DNA from: Phoronis australis
Taxonomy: Eukaryota; Animalia; Phoronida
Assembly: GCA_002633005.1 (NCBI GenBank)
Contig: NMRA01000349.1
Coordinates: forward strand, 248,001-312,000
Length of the DNA stretch: 64,000 bases
Direction of reading: 5' to 3'
Under the pieces are notes generated by a model. The model saw nothing but the letters and a program-made list of their open reading frames with translations. It was not told the DNA's origin and did no database searches. The translations under genes and the position numbers were made by a program. This document shows positions 62,826 to 64,000 of this stretch, piece by piece (position 1 is the stretch's first letter; each line of letters opens with the position of its first letter).

Positions 62826-63089
62826 CGTAAAAAATCGACGTTGCAAGTGATGGAAACTTGTCTACGCTCTCGTCCTTTGTTTCTAACCTTTAACCCATTT
62901 TTTAATAAAGGGGTGTACTGTTTTTGGCTCATGTTGATAGTGCATAATCTATGATTTTACAATGTATTAATAGTGTTAAATGCATATATATGAACTGGTC
63001 TCATTGAGGTGCACAGCAAATAAATTAACTATAACAAATTAAAGTTTTGAAAATATAAAGAGCAGTAACAGACTCCCTAAAAATTAGGC

Positions 63090-63152
63090 TTGTTTTCGAA
63101 AGGTTTGCGCCATTGGTGATCCGATTGGTTCAATCGCTTGCGGCGGGAAAAT
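63090..63152 (-). promoter_or_regulatory. Cell-cycle-type motif cluster upstream of the PHD ORF
   Basis: On the - strand: E2F-like TTTTCCCGCC (63142-63151), CCAAT at 63124-63128 and 63112-63116, CHR-like TTCGAA (~63095-63100). Confidence 0.45.
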
Positions 63153-63319
63153 TGATAGACCCAGTTATTGTGCGCGTGTACACTGTATCAATGCTTTGTA
63201 TCTTATTCTTATTTGTCTAATCTGTTGATACAGTAAATTTCCTTATTTATGCCCATCCTGATTTAACCCCGACTTGAGCTCCTTGGGTTTTACCATATTG
63301 GGGCTGTCCAGGGACTCAC

Positions 63320-63905
63320 GTGCATGCGCGCACCCAGTCTTCAAAATGGGGGGCTCGAATTCCTGACGTTATGGAACTGTTGTTAACAAGAGAGCGGGCA
63401 GACCTTTTTGCCCACTTCGCCAAATGGGGGGGGCTCGAACCCCCCCCCCTCTGAGTGGCGCACATGACGTGGTGCTTACTCGAATGAGTTTCATTTTAGC
63501 GGCTATTTCCAATTGTGTAGGTGAAGTAAATTAACAAAGTGGATGATTATCATCACCGGTATTTCATCATTAGTATTTTTGTCGGCCTCTCAAGTTTTCC
63601 GTGGCTAGGGATTGTCACATCTGTAAGGTAGACGTGTTTCAGTGAACCTCCATGTTTGTGGCGTTATTTATACCTGACCAAACTTTGAAAAAGAAGCCCG
63701 CGTTTAAACCAGGAGCTGCATTGGGTGCAATTTGTGTAGACGTTTCATGCGCGCACCCAGCCTCTAATACGGGGGCTCGAATCTCTGGCAAAGTGGACCT
63801 TTTGCTAACAAAAAGCGTGAGAACTAAAATAAAAAACGGGGTGCTGCCGTATTGTGGACTTTCGTCTCTTTCTCTTGGACTTTTCCCCTGGGTGCGCGCA
63901 TGCGT
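63320..63905. repeat. Cluster of GC-rich direct and inverted repeats
   Basis: CATGCGCGCACCCAG...GGGGGCTCGAA at ~63323 and ~63746, partial copy at ~63421, inverted CTGGGTGCGCGCATG at ~63888. Confidence 0.6.
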
Positions 63906-64000
63906 TTGTCTACGTTGCTAGTTTTTATAAAGGTGGGCCTGTCTGTAGCCAACTACGGTAAATTCATAAAAGGTCACGTGCAGTGCAACTCAAGTTCATT

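Noticed and set aside
62300-63000. Histone pseudogene as the source of the stem-loops
   Set aside because: None of the listed frames upstream of the hairpins resembles H1, H2A, H2B, H3 or H4. The adjacent ORF is acidic and Cys-rich.

Overview
AT-rich metazoan genomic DNA, probably from a marine invertebrate, with GT-AG spliced genes and many repeats. All gene models were built by hand from splice sites and reading-frame continuity. Conserved genes: the first coding exon of CFAP97 (-), a complete 6-exon ZMAT2/Snu23 (-), and the 5' part of a FAM114A/Noxp20-family gene (+, 7 coding exons seen, apparently continuing past the window). Between CFAP97 and ZMAT2 lies a 7-exon, ~782-aa unknown gene with an N-terminal HMG-box-like domain. 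The FAM114A introns hold nested mobile DNA: Helentron/DINE-type elements packed with CTCF-like motifs, TA-flanked TIR elements, solo LTRs, MITEs, and one N gap. After the last visible FAM114A exon, on the - strand, is a tandemly duplicated cassette of a stand-alone EEP/APE-fold nuclease with a heptad tail followed by degenerate C2H2 zinc-finger repeats; one copy is split by a Harbinger-like MITE. The most unusual observation is a small non-histone PHD-type zinc-finger ORF (62508-62825, -) followed directly by two histone-mRNA 3' stem-loops and an HDE-like element, with E2F and CCAAT motifs upstream.
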